Assembly (NCBI RefSeq): GCF_032191835.1
Contig: NC_083239.1
Coordinates: forward strand, 24,242,001 to 24,306,000
DNA from: Heteronotia binoei
Taxonomy: Eukaryota
Length of the DNA: 64,000 nt
Reading direction: 5' to 3'
Shown here: positions 30,054 to 42,485 of the stretch, one piece after another
Layout of the letters: each line of letters starts with the position of its first letter
Position numbering within the stretch: position 1 is the stretch's first letter
Notes under the pieces: model-generated
The model's database searches: none
Seen by the model: only the letters and a program-made list of their open reading frames with translations
What the model was told of the DNA's origin: nothing
Position numbers and translations under genes: made by a program

Positions 30054-33000
30054 TCAGAGGTCGCTGTTGGCACAGTCGCGGCACAGGATCTCCTCATTCT
30101 CAGGGATGAAGCCTTTCCCCACCAGCGAGGTGGCGCAGCGGGAGCAGGTGAAGCAGTTGTGGTGCCAGTGCCGATCCTCGAAGGAGACGTATTTGCCCCC
30201 ACCGAACCCTGCGGAAGAGAAGGCTGTGAGGACTCCTGGGTGGAGCTGCCTACTGGCTCCATCCCCCCCATCCTGTGGCAACTGGACAGCCTACTTTCCA
30301 AGTGGGCACCTTTGACAGGCTAGCAAGTAGGAAGGGGAACCCCCCACTCACCTGTGATGGGTTTTGTGCAGGCGCTGCACTTCTTGGCATAGAGGCTCCC
30401 GAAGCATTTCACGCAGTATGGCTGGTCATCCTGGGAGGTGAAGTGCTGCCCGGCCAGGGGCACCCTGCAGCTGGTGCAGACAAAGCACTCCTTGTGCCAT
30501 GGCTCATCCCGGTAGGTGACGCCTCCCTTGGTCAACGACTGTGGGCACAGGAGCAGTGTTCACGTTGGATGCTCTGCACAGATTCCCTCTCCCTAGGGCT
30601 GACAACGATTCCCTACCCCCAGATCCTGCTGCGCACCACCGCTTGGCAGTGGGATAAAGTTTTTTTTTAAAGCAGCCTAGTGTACTTACTGCTTGTTCAT
30701 ATAGGAAGTGACACAGAGTTTCCAGCAATTCCTACAGCTACCAGAAACTCTACAGTTTCCTTTGTGACTTCCTAAATGAACTTCTGGTAAGTATATGAGA
30801 CTCCTTATTTTAAAAATTTCCCCTGTGAGCTTGTGCCCTCACAGACCCCCACTGCAACCCTCCTGGGCTGGGAAATACCTGGAGATTTGGGGAATGGAGC
30901 CGGGAGAGGGCAGGATTGAAGGGAGAAACCTCAGCAGGGTTCAGTGCCATAAAGTCCACCCTCCAGAGCAACTATTTTTCTCCAGAGGAACTGACCTCTG
31001 CTGTTAGGAGACCTTCAGACCTCACCTGGAGGTTGGAAACAAGGCTTGCCATTCCCCAGTTTAGCAGGGGAGCCCCTAAGGGTTCTGTGATTAAACCAGC
31101 CTCCAATATAATCAACAAATTTTCATTGAAATGTATAAAGGAAACATAAACAACCACTTAAAGCAGTGAATTGTACATAAGGTGAAATCATACAGTATGC
31201 TCAGCCCTTTATAAGGACAAAATTAGGTGAAGTATTATAATATGCACAGTTTTTCTTGGGACCAATAGGCCTCCAAATGGTTTCAGCCAAGAACTGGCAA
31301 AGTAGAGTCTTCTTCACAAGTCAAACTGCTGTAGAAAAAAGCCAACAGTAGCAGACAGCTACGAAGGCGGCGCCAGTATAGTGGGTTTTAATGGTGCTCC
31401 AGCGACCATTAAAACCCACTATACATTCATGCAATATAAACCCATTTATAGGTGTTAAAAGTTAACATATTCACCAAAGGAGCTAATCAGTTTGATGTTT
31501 TAATCTGCTCTTGTGCTCCAATAAGCGTGTGCGCACTACCCGTGTAGTACTTCCCACATACACACGGGTAGTATGCACACGCTTATTGGAACACAAGAGC
31601 AGATTAAAACATCAAACTGATTCAGCTCTTTGGTGGAACATTTCGCAGCAAAAAACCATGCTCCTGAGTCTTTAAGATTTTTTTTATTGAAAAATTCAAC
31701 TCCAGTGTATATAACAGAAATTATGTTACTAAATGGTTATTACAACGTGAGGCGTTCTGGATTTTTAAATGTAATTCTCTGCAACCAAATGGTTTAAACA
31801 TTGAATGTGATTTGTCCTGCTTTATATGAGTGTTTGCAGCATCTGTAGACTTGATGTGGCTCCTTTAAATGAATATGTTAACTTTTAACACCTGTAAATG
31901 GGTTTATATTGCATGAATGTATAGTGGGTTTTAATGGTCGCTGGAGCACCACATTATAAACATAACTTTCATTGTACTTGAAGGATTGATTTCCATTATC
32001 AACTTTGTAATCTTTTTCATTAAGGTAAAATGGTTCAAATTGGTTATTTGAAACTATTTGTGTATGGATTATCTGTATACTTAGTTTGTATTCTTCTTCA
32101 CTCAGCCTGTGGAAGCTTCAGAGAAAAGGAGGCAGAGAGGCGCCGCCTTCGTAGCTGTCTGCTACTGTTGGCTTTTTTCTACAGCAGTTTGACTTGTGAA
32201 GAAGACTCTACTTTGCCAGTTCTTGGCTGAAACCATTTGGAGGCCTATTGGTCCCAAGAAAGACTGTGCATATTATAATACTTCACCTTATTTTGTCCTT
32301 ATAAAGGGCTGAGCATACTGTATGATTTCACCTTATGTACAATTCACTGCTTTAAGTGGTTGTTTATGTTTCCTTTATAAATTTCAATGAAAATTTGTTG
32401 ATTATATTGGGGGCTGGTTTAATCACAGAACCCTTAGGGGCTCCCCTGCTAGTCATTTATCTGTGATTCTCTATTCATATTGGGTTATTCCCCAGTTTAG
32501 GGCAGGGGATCCCCCAGTTTTGTGGGCTCCTGTCCACAGCCAGCCAACTGGATGGCAGAAGGAAATTCCCCGCCCCAACAGCAATGTCCTGTGCCATGCT
32601 TACGTCATCCGGAACTGATGTGGGCATGCAGGGGGTGACGATCTGGTTTTTTGAGGGGCAAAACTCTATGGTGTGGTGATTTTACGATAAGACTTTTGTC
32701 CCAAAACCAGGGAGTCGCCCGTGATGTCAGTGATGTCAGCAAGTCAGGGTGATGCTTGTGGCTTCTGGAATGTCCCCCCACTCCACCCCTGCCACAGTCT
32801 CAAATGGACCTGGCAACCCTACTACACTCTCCACCTGGAGGCCTGTGGGAATACCCTCACTCCCCCCCAACACACACACACCGCTGACCTTCTTGCAGCG
32901 TGTGCAACGGGGGGCGAACTTGCTCTCATAGCAGGGGACGCAGTAGTAGTCCTGCTGGTCGGGGATGAAGGAGTGTGCCCCAATGGGCTGCTGGCAGCTG

Positions 33001-36000
33001 CTGCACAGGAAGCAATGCTCGTGCCATGTCTTCCCATTGTACTCCAGCTTCCGAGAGCCTGTGGGGCAGGAAGCATCAGGGATTACAGTGCTGCAGGGAT
33101 GCGGTGGACACCCTGTGAACCTGCCCCCCTGCCCACTTCCTGGTAGCCAGCACAGTACCTGGCATAACAATTTGCTGGCAGGCGACACACTGGGAGGAGA
33201 ACTCTCGGCAGTAGCAGTCATTGCAGAGAAGCTCCTCTCCTTGACAGGTAAAGGGCTCATCAGCCAGTGAGCGGTCGCAGCGGAAACACCGGAAGCAGCC
33301 CTCGTGGTAGTGGCGGTCTTCGTAGTAGAGCTCCTTGGGGGAGGAAGGAGAGGAAAGGGTTGAAGGGGCTCCCCCATCCTGCCTGCTCCAGCAGCTGCAG
33401 TGAAGAGACCAGGGCTTTTTTTGGAGCAGGAACTCCTTTGCATATTAGGCTACACCCCCCTGATGTAGCCAAACCTCCAGGAAGTTACTGGGCTCTTCTT
33501 ACAGGGCTCACCTGTAAGCTCTTGGAGGACTGGCTACATCAGGGGGGTGTAGCCTAATATGCAAAGGAGTTCCTGCTACAAAGAAAGCCCTGGCAGAGAC
33601 TTAGCCACAGCCCTCTTTGCCATGTAGGGCAAGGTGCTCCCAGGCTCTCTTTAGTGGTCCTCTGCAAGTCAGGGAGGCAAGCCCCAAACAAAATGGCCAA
33701 GCTCTTTCGTGCGTCAAGGAGCAATTCTGCAGAGGAGTGGACGGGGCAACGGGTAGAGGAGAAATCAGGCCTGTATCAGTGCACAGCGTCTTGCTTGGCA
33801 AAACAGGCCAGAACGAGAAGCCTGCATCACTGGCACCCATCGCCAAGCCTCAGAAGGGTGAGGAATGCAGCACCGATGGCAAGCCAATCTGTGGCAACAT
33901 TTTCAAGGCAGAAATGCTCTTACGAGCCCCCGAGCAGCCCTGTTCTACCAGACCAAACACCCAGTAGTCAGGCTGAGCCTCCAGGAAGTCATCTCTTATA
34001 GAGTTTCCTTGTTTGCCTTTGCAGCAAAGAAGATAAGATCTAAGGTGGTATTGAAAGGGACAGCTGTTTAAGACACTGTAGCTTGGTATGTCTAAACCTG
34101 TTTTAACTACTAAGGTTTTATTTGTTTAAGTTTCCTGTTATCAAATTTGTGATAGCCAATCAGTATATACAATAAACTACTACTACTGGATCTGGAGATC
34201 AAGCCCTAGGAGGAAAGGCTGAAGGAGCTGGGCATGTTGAGCCTCGAGAGGAAACGATTGAGAGGTGATATGATCACCATTTTTAAGTAATTGAAAGGCT
34301 GCTATACAGAGAATGGAGCAGAACTGTTCCTGTTGCTCAAGAAGGTCGAACCAGAACCAACAGGTTGAAATTAAATCAGAAGAGTTTTTGGCTAAACATC
34401 AGGAAGAACTTCCTGACAGAGCAGTTCCTCAGTGGAACAGGCTTCCTTGGGACGTGGTGGGATCTTCCTCCTTGGAGGTTTTTAAACAGAGGCTAGATGG
34501 CCATCTGATAGTAGTGCTGATTTTCTGAATTATAAGTATCAATAGGAGAAACCTGAGAAACTCACCAAAACTTGAGACAAATAGACCCAAAAGGCCACTT
34601 TGACCCAAAATTATTAAGAACAGTATACCAATGCAACTTATAACATTTTGAAATGGAACAGGTATATTATTAAAGTCCAATGTACAAAATCCTTCCATTG
34701 GTAATAATAGTGATGTCCAATTCCAGTACTAATGTTCACACACAAGTTCACAGTGGATGATCCACTCTCATAAATCCCGTGAATCATGCAACAGCACTGC
34801 TAACCTTCACTTCCTGTTTCAGAGATTTTTTCAGGCTTGGGATTCTTAACAGCTCCAAAAGGTCATTGAAGATGTACAGATGGGACAGAAACATCTATGT
34901 AATTCTTTCTATCAGGCAGTTGCTCAGAATTATGGAGACATCTCTATTTTCTGAATTAGGCAGATCATGAGAGGGAGGTCAGGAAGGGGGTGGGGGTATT
35001 TGTAAAGTTCCTGCATTGTGCAGAGGGTTGGACTAGATGACCCTGGAGGTACCTTCCACCCTATGAGTCTATGATTTCTTCCTCCAAGAAGTGCACAAAC
35101 AGGGCCCTCCCTGGCTCCCTCCCACACACTGCCGCAACTAGTCTTCAAAGATACGCTGCCTTGGACACGAAGGCTCCGTTTAGCTGTCATGGCTAAGAAG
35201 GGCTGCCTTGTTGGACCAGAGAAGGAGGCTTCTTTAGCCTTGAGTTCTGTATCCAATGACAGCTGCTCAGAAGCAGATGTGAACCCCCTGCCAGTGGTGT
35301 TTGCTGAGAGATCTCCCTAGCAACAAGGGACCCCTGTTGTGAGGATAAAATGGAGGAGAGGGGAATGATGTAAGCTGCTCTGAATCCCTACTGGGGAGAA
35401 AGGAGAGGTAGAAATTAATTTTTTTAAGCTCACTTCTGATTAAGGAAGCTTTGACTTATGAAAGCTGAAACCCAGGAAAATCCTGGCCCCCGAGGTGCTA
35501 CTAGACTCGAATCTGGTTCTTCTGTAGACCAACACAGCTACTCACAGGAAAACTACCTTGGGTGAAAAAGGTTCTTTGATAGCAGCCTTCATCCTTTGGC
35601 CTCATCTAAGATTTGAATCCAGATGTGGGCCAGCTATTTTACAACATGGGGCCCTTTCTGGAGGCTGCAGGAACAGGCCACCTCCCAAATGAGCGTGCCA
35701 GTCAGCCATGTTTTGGGAACCAGAGCAGGTGGAAGACAAGGGGATACTGTCAAATCCCCTGATCCTCTTGAGGTAACCGGCCTTCACTCTGGAGCTCCTT
35801 GATAGGAGGGAGGCTGGAATGCCTGGGACTTGTGGGCAATGATGACTCAGCAGCCACGGGGCTGGGCTTACCCTGCAGTCATGCCCAATGAGCTCCTTGC
35901 ATTCGTCACAGGTGTTGGCAAAGCGGGCATCGTAGCAAGGGATGCAGAACGGCCCTTCTTCCACCTGGATGTACTTGCGCCCGTAGAGGGTCTCCTTGCA

Positions 36001-36027
36001 GCTCGCACAATCAAACCCCTCCGTCAT
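30054..36027 (-). CDS. FHL3: Four and a half LIM domains protein 3, complete CDS, 5 coding exons, 280 aa
   Basis: Join: 36027-35872, 33333-33159, 33058-32889, 30538-30352, 30208-30054 = 843 nt, GT-AG. Half-LIM MTEGFDCASCKETLYGRKY... followed by four LIM domains and ending ...LCRDCANSDL*. Position between SF3A3 and UTP11 matches human synteny. Confidence 0.96.
31065..32486 (+). mobile_element. Penelope-like retroelement insertion in fold-back (inverted) configuration within an FHL3 intron
   Basis: 313-bp inverted arms at 31062-31374 and 32139-32451 (4 mismatches by eye); GIY-YIG C-terminal remnant; 14-bp flanking duplication ATTCCCCAGTTTAG at 31051-31064 and 32487-32500. Confidence 0.8.
31565..31829 (+). 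pseudogene. Frameshifted C-terminal remnant of a Penelope-type GIY-YIG endonuclease
   Basis: With two 1-nt frameshifts it reads TRLLEHKSRLKHQTDSA(P)LVEHFAAKNHAPESLRFFxIEK...LLQREAFWIFKCNSLQPNGLNIECDLSCFI*, containing the R-x-x-EH, HF-x4-H and RE-x2-WI-x6-P-x-GLN motifs of PLE endonucleases. Confidence 0.8.
33410..33592. mobile_element. Palindromic hAT MITE (CAGGGCTTTTTT family)
   Basis: ~60-bp inverted arms; 8-bp TSD GAAGAGAC/GCAGAGAC. Confidence 0.85.
34195..34525 (+). mobile_element. CR1 3' fragment (other CR1 3' remnants ~13385-13570, ~20595-20825 -, ~22795-23085 -, ~34960-35075, ~47060-47210, ~54170-54262, ~60900-61250 -)
   Basis: YEERLKELGMFSLE-like coding remnant and CR1 3'UTR motifs. 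Confidence 0.7.
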
Positions 36028-39000
36028 GATGCCGGCTGAGATGCTACCCGCCCACACACCTTCTGGGGAGAAAAGGTCACACAGTCAGCAAGAGTTCCAA
36101 GTCACTGGGAAGGTGGTGGATAGCCCACAAGGGATGGAAGGGCTGGGACTTTGGGCTCTCTACAGAGAAACTGATTCTAAACTAACATTGGCTCCTACAC
36201 ACCCCACATTGCATGGTGATCATCTTTTGGAGGAGACTGAGCCCCCATGGAAAAAAACCCCCCAAAAATGGCAATTTGGAAAGTTTCAAGAGGGGAGGGA
36301 ATCATACAAGTGATGTTTTCCTCCTTTTCCAATTTTATGAGCAGCCCCCCCTCCACATCTCTTGGTAGCTCTTTGTCCCAGGAAAGTCTGGTCTCAGTTG
36401 GATGCATCAAAAACTGGTAAGGTGTGGCCACTGCAACATACTGCAAGTCTAATGAAGGGGCAGAGAGAGGGCAGGGAGAGGGAGAGCACTCCACTGAAAA
36501 AAAATGGGAGAAACTGGAACTGGAGAGGAGAAAGAGTGCAGAGTGCAAGACCAGCTTCACAGGCTTAGCCAACAGCTCTGCTTGACTCTCCATCAAGTCC
36601 ATTTGTTGCATCTACACGAACACATATGAAACTGCCTTATACTGAATCAGATCCTTGGTCCATCAGAGTCAGTACTGTCAACTCAGACTGGTAGTGCCTC
36701 TCCAGGGTCTCAGGCAGAGGTCCTTCACATCACCACCTGTGATGTGAAAAAATCCACTGATTTTTTTTGTCGCAGGAACTCCTTTGCATATTAGGCCACA
36801 CAAAGATCCTTTAACTGGAGATGCCGGGGATCGAACCTGGGACCTTCTGCTGAGCCACAGTGCCTCTCCAATCCAACTTTGCTTAAACTGGAGGCCCTCA
36901 GTTGGGGCTTCTTTGAGCTGCGCTTCTTCCTGACAGCACACAGACCTTCACTGTGATTGCCCAGGAATTCCAGCCAGGTGCTGCCCCCGAGAACTGGGAT
37001 TCCTGGTCAGGATGGGGAAAAGACAGACCACCTGCTCCTGCAGCTGGGGATCAGCTAGCTTCCCCACTGGGCAGGACTCCCCTTGTTTCTGCTCAGCAGC
37101 CGAATGATGAAGCCTCTGCCTGGAGTGGAAGGGAGCCCCTCCCCCTGACCCAACCGCTGCCGCCAGCATCTCCTTGCTCACTGTACTGCCAAGGCCTCAA
37201 CACTGTCTGGCTAATCAGGCAAAGAGCTTGTGGGACGTGCCCGGGCTAGCCTGCCAGAGACCTGCAAGGGCAAGCTGTGAGCTGGGTCAGCGGGAAATGG
37301 CGAGGGAACAGTCCTTATAAAACAAAGCCAACGTATAGGAGGGGAAAGAGGCAACTGCAATCCTTTGGTGTTGGAGGGTGAGTCAAATCCCTGGCTCTCA
37401 CTATGACAACTGCCACACCAAGGAGTCTGTGCTGTACTTTGTGGAGTGACAGCAGCTGGGAGTGAGGCAGAACAACGCACCTTGAGTCTGCCAGGCAGGC
37501 AACTCAGCAATGGGCTGTACATGGGGCTGCCAACTTCCAGGTGGTGGCTGGAGATCTCCTGGAATTACAACTGATCTCCAGGCTACAGAGAGGAGTTCCC
37601 CTGGAGAAAATGGCTGCTTTGGAGGGTGAACTCTATGGCATTATACCTTGCTAAGATCCCTCCACTTCCTAGGCTCCATCCCCAAAATCTCTAGGAATTT
37701 CCCAGTCCAGAGCTGGCAACCCTACCTGTACAGCACCCCCCCCCCAGATGGGAACTTATGCTACAGAAAATACACATATATGAAAATACCTGGCAGTGAG
37801 CGTTACAGTGCAGGTGGAGGAGTATGTTAGCAAAACCAAACAAGGTAAGACTTCTAGTGCAGCTACTTCTGAAAACCTATTCCTATGGGTCATAGGGTTG
37901 CCAACCTCCAGGTGTTGCCTGGAGACCTCCCAGTATTACAACAGATCCCCAGTGCAGAGATAAATTCCCTTGGACAAAATGGCTGTCTTGAAAGGTGGAC
38001 TCTACAGCATTGTACCCCACTGAACCTCTCCTCAGACCCCAACCTCTCCAGGCCCCACCCCTCAAGGTATTTCCCAATATAAGGATGGCAACCGGAGGCT
38101 GTGGTCAGACTGGCAGGTTGGCATGGTTTGGGCACACTGCTAATTACTCCAACTGCATTTTGTGACAGAGATTTTTGATCAAACTCTCACTCTGATCCAG
38201 CCACACACGTCTTCCATAGTTGACTGTTAGGTAAGTGTTGCGTGTCAACCATGGAGCACATGGGTTGGTCTTATTTTTTAAAAACCAGTTTTTTTAAAAA
38301 AAATCATTCCTTGGGTGTGTATGTATGCCCCCGTGCCCATGCATATATGCTCTACCATTTAAAAAAACAAACAAACAGTGAAACTGGAACTAAAAGTTCA
38401 CACTTCTGAACCAGTTTAAGCACGCCCTGAGGGAGTTCAGACATCCTTCAATGAATGAGCAAGGATCCTAAAGCACCAGAATTAATCTGTTGTCTATTTT
38501 CTCCATCTTATGATGGATTGAGCATGACAAGGGAACAGTTGCCAGATGTGGGTGTATGAACAAGCCCATTTAATCCACTAGGGAAAAGCAACTATATCTG
38601 GCCAAACTGCCCATCTGACCACAGCCAGAGTCATCCCCCAGAGCCAAGAGGAGAAAACAACTCCCTGGGCACACGGAAAAGGCATTCCACTGCTTTGACT
38701 CTCTGCAGATGTTCAAGCAACACTCACGTCAAGCAAACTGAACCAAGAGATTGATTGGTCTTGGCTTTGGAACTCAGAAAAGGCCCACTGGTCTTCTTGC
38801 GCACTGCTAAATGCACACTGGGGCACACGGCACATGATGTCCCAGGTTCACGCCCGGTCAAGCTCAAGGGCAGCCTTCCTTCCGGCAGTTCCCACCAGAA
38901 AAGAAAGGTCTGTGGGAAGTAAATTATGGAAAATTGGCTTTTAAAGGAGAGACTAGTAGAAAGCAGCACCGTCACCCCACAATGCTCTTTGCAAACAGGG

Positions 39001-41232
39001 CATGAGTGTGCTGTGGTCCTGATGGCCAGGCTTAAACCAGAGGACAACTTGTTCCTGGTTTCTTATGTCCTTTTGCATAAACCTATATAGAGTTGAGGGT
39101 CTTGTCTCAAGGGAAGGGGAGACAATATATCAACCCCTGGGGATGGACTGGGATTTCTTGCATGCCGCATGGCTGGATTTGAGAGGGAAAAAACAATTAT
39201 GGGATCACAGTGGAGACACACTCCAAAAATACAAACTAGAACTTTGATATAAGGGCTACCATTCTTTTACTTATAATTTTCAATAACAGACAATAAAACA
39301 ACCCCTGGGAATGGACTGGGATTTCTTGCATGCATCATGGCTGGACTTGAGGGAGGGCATATAGCTTTCAGGTCTGACAGAAATGCAGAAATGGAGCAAG
39401 CAGTTTAAGATCTCCCTGCCCTCTGCTGAATGACAATCTCTAAATTGAATACCTGAAGCTGCCATATATTGAATCATACCCTTGGTCCATCAGGTTCAAT
39501 ACTGTCTATTCAGATTGGTCAAACTGCCCATCATAGTTCTCTAGGGTCTCAGGTCTCACCTACTGCTTGGTCCTTTTTTTAAACTGGAGATGCCAGGGAT
39601 TGAACCTTGGACCTTCTGCATGCAAAGAAGACGCTCTACCCCTGAGTCACAGCCTTTCTCTCCAAAGGTCTCCCCTTGCATCAATGAAAGAATCACTAAT
39701 TGAGGAACTGAGAATCAGATTTGGCCCTTCCTGTGAACAATTTCTGGAAACACTCCTCAGGTCAACGGGGCTTGGGACTTACGTGGATGAGTTGTGAGCG
39801 GGAGCTGGGGTGTTGCAACTGTGCAATCACACACACAGAGTGGTGTGATAAAAAAGGCAGCTTGCAGGCGCAAGAGGGGGCCCTTGCTCTCCATGTCCGC
39901 ACGAAGGCAAAAGGGAACTCTTTATTCCCCAAATTTGGTCAAAACAGTTGCTCTCGCTTGCGGCTCTTTGTTTGGAGAACTGCCTCTCCGGAGGCAGCCT
40001 TTCCAAGCGGGGGAGGGACGTGGATCGGGTATCCAAGAGAGAGCGAAAGCGCTTGTGGCTTTTGGGGGGCTCAAGGCGCCTTTTGTACTTGGACTCTGGC
40101 CAGCTGACACCACGGCAAGCCAGAGGTCAAGGGAGGCCACACAGCGGTGGGGGAGAGAGGAGAGAATCTGGAAGAGGACTGGAGTTCCCTCTCCCGCACG
40201 CTTCACAGTTTGGGAATGTGTCCTACCCACCGAAAGAGATGCTTCTCAGGTTACCGTGCCCCACTGCAGGCTGAGAAATCCAGACCATCTGTTATGCAGG
40301 GGGCAGGCAGACACACCCCCTTTTCTAGAGGCAGCACGACTGGAGCGGGTCCTGCAGGAAACAAAGGGAGCGCCTCCTCCTCCCCCCCCCCCCCAGTAAA
40401 ACTAGATGGCATTTCCAGCTGTACAGCTGAGATGTTCCAGTCCTGGAGAGAGAGCTGGGCAAGCTCCATCTGCTATCAATTACGCTCCCAGGGCAAGCCT
40501 GAGCCAACTGCAAATCCCTCTGTACCACAGCAAACATTTCCCTGTGGGAATCGGAGATCCCTCCTTGCCAAGTTCTTTCCCCAAGACCCATGGGGGGGGG
40601 GGAAGGGGAGGGAGAGCGGCTCATACTTTTAGGTCTTCATTATGCCTTCCTAAGTGATCCGTGAAGCTGTTCTGAAGCCAGCCAGCTCCCCAGGCAAACA
40701 CAGACTTTGACACTCTCCATTGGCCCAAGTCAAAACATTCAGTTCCTTTGCGAAATCAGTCAAGACTCCAAAAAGGTGCCTGGGAGCCCAGGCTCCAGGA
40801 GATTAGCAGGAGACATGCTCTCTCGCCTGCAAAGCCACCCCCACCCCCTAGGCAAGACTGGAGAGAGCAAAGGCCCAATGGGAGGTCAGTGATCTGAATT
40901 TCCGCAGAGAGAGCCTGTCCTTCAGCAGACTGCAGGGCGATGCACTCTGCCCCACTTCGAGAAGGAGCCGCTCCACAGATATTTCACCTCTGGTAAACTG
41001 AGACAGAGCTGGGGTTGCAACAGACCTTCCGAGAACAAGAACCCTCAGCACAGTCCAGAAAGCTGGCTGTGATCCACACACCACATCCGCAAGCAGCTGA
41101 TGTTCGGCTAGAGAGAATCTGACCTTTTTGTGTTTGTTTTGTACCCAACTTTGGGATTGTCAGCTGAAATGGGATCCTTGGGTCCTTTCCTGTTCCTCAC
41201 TCCCTACCCTGACTACCCAGCACCGAGAAGCT

Positions 41233-41585
41233 CAAGGCTTTTTTTTGTAGAAAAAGCCCAGCAGGAACTCATTTGCATTTCAAGCCACACCCCCTGATGT
41301 TACCACTGTTTTGCACAGGGCTTTTCTGAAGAAAAGGCCCAGCAGGAACTCATTTGCATATCAGGCCACACCCCCTGATGGCACCATTGTTTTGCACAGG
41401 GCTTTTTTGAAAGGAAAAGGCTCAGCAGGAACTCATTTGCATATCAGGCCATGCCCCCTAGTGTCACCATTGTTTTGCATAGGGCCTTTTGTAGATAAAG
41501 CCCAGCAGGAACTCATTTGCATATTAGGCCACACATCCCACTGCCAAGCCAGCTGGGACTGTGTTCCTACTAAAAAAATGTCCTG
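41233..41585. repeat. CAGGGCTTTTTT-family MITE internally expanded into a 4-unit ~81-bp tandem array
   Basis: AGGAACTCATTTGCAT recurs at 41263, 41344, 41427 and 41507. Confidence 0.85.
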
Positions 41586-42317
41586 CTCATGACTTGAAAT
41601 CTGTACAGAATTAAACGAGCAGGATGGGTTTGGTGGAAGGGTCTTCTTGGGCCAGGCACTGCTCTTGGAAGTCATCTTCCTTTGTGAACTGAAGCTGCAG
41701 CAATCGTAGCACCCCATCAGCATGGCCAGTTCTGGTTTTGGGGGGGCCTGGCCTGGCCCACCTGCTCATGTGTCCTTCTCCCATCACCCATGCTCAGTTA
41801 CTTGCACGCCCTTTACTTGACAGCACCGGCCACTATATGCAGCAGGGAGATCTGCTGCCATGGCCACCAGATTGTGCCGCCACTGTGCACTACTCGCATG
41901 CCCTTTTTCAGTGACTCTGGGCAGAGGGAGCATGGGTACAGACAGCTGGCAGTGGAGGTGCATGGGTGGGCAGGGTCAGTGGCAATGGGCCCAGCCAGAA
42001 GTCCTGGGCCCTGATAGCTGACCTGCCCCACCTCAGGGGGGATGCTGACGCCAGCCCTGCCTATCAGACAAACCATGTGAATAAGTCACAGAGGCCATGT
42101 GTACAAAAGGGTGGGCTTCATTCAAACAGCGGGGAAGGGCGAGCAGCAGACCAGCTAGCTGATAACCAGCACGCTCCAAGCTGCAGCACAATGAGCAGGG
42201 AGCACAAGAGCACAGGAAAACCCTGTTACATTGGCACAAAGCAAAAAGCTTGCTGAAACCACATGTGAGCCTGCATTTTTTTTCAAAAGGTGAGGAATAT
42301 TAGAACAGGGTGAAAAA

Positions 42318-42485
42318 CAGGGCTTTTTTGTGCAGGAACACAGTTCCTGTTGGCTTGGTGTTAGGGGTGTGTGGCCTAATATGCAAATGAGTTCCTGCCG
42401 GGCCTTTTCTTCAGAAAAGCCCTGTGCAAAACAGTGGTAACATCAGGGGGTGTGGCTGGGCTTTTTCTACCAAAAAAACACCCTG
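42318..42485. mobile_element. CAGGGCTTTTTT-family hAT MITE, inverted relative to 41233-41585 (other copies 1194-1312, 49666-49781, fragment ~36763-36800)
   Basis: 8-bp TSD GTGAAAAA/GTCAAAAA; the copy at 49666-49781 has a perfect ATGAACAC TSD. Confidence 0.85.

Noticed and set aside
36028-36057. 10-aa N-terminal extension of FHL3 in the ORF track
   Set aside because: It starts at GTG, not ATG, and homology begins at the ATG at 36027.
41233-41585. Regularly spaced repeat array resembling CRISPR
   Set aside because: The DNA is eukaryotic, the 'spacers' are homologous to each other, the array is bounded by MITE termini, and there are no cas genes.
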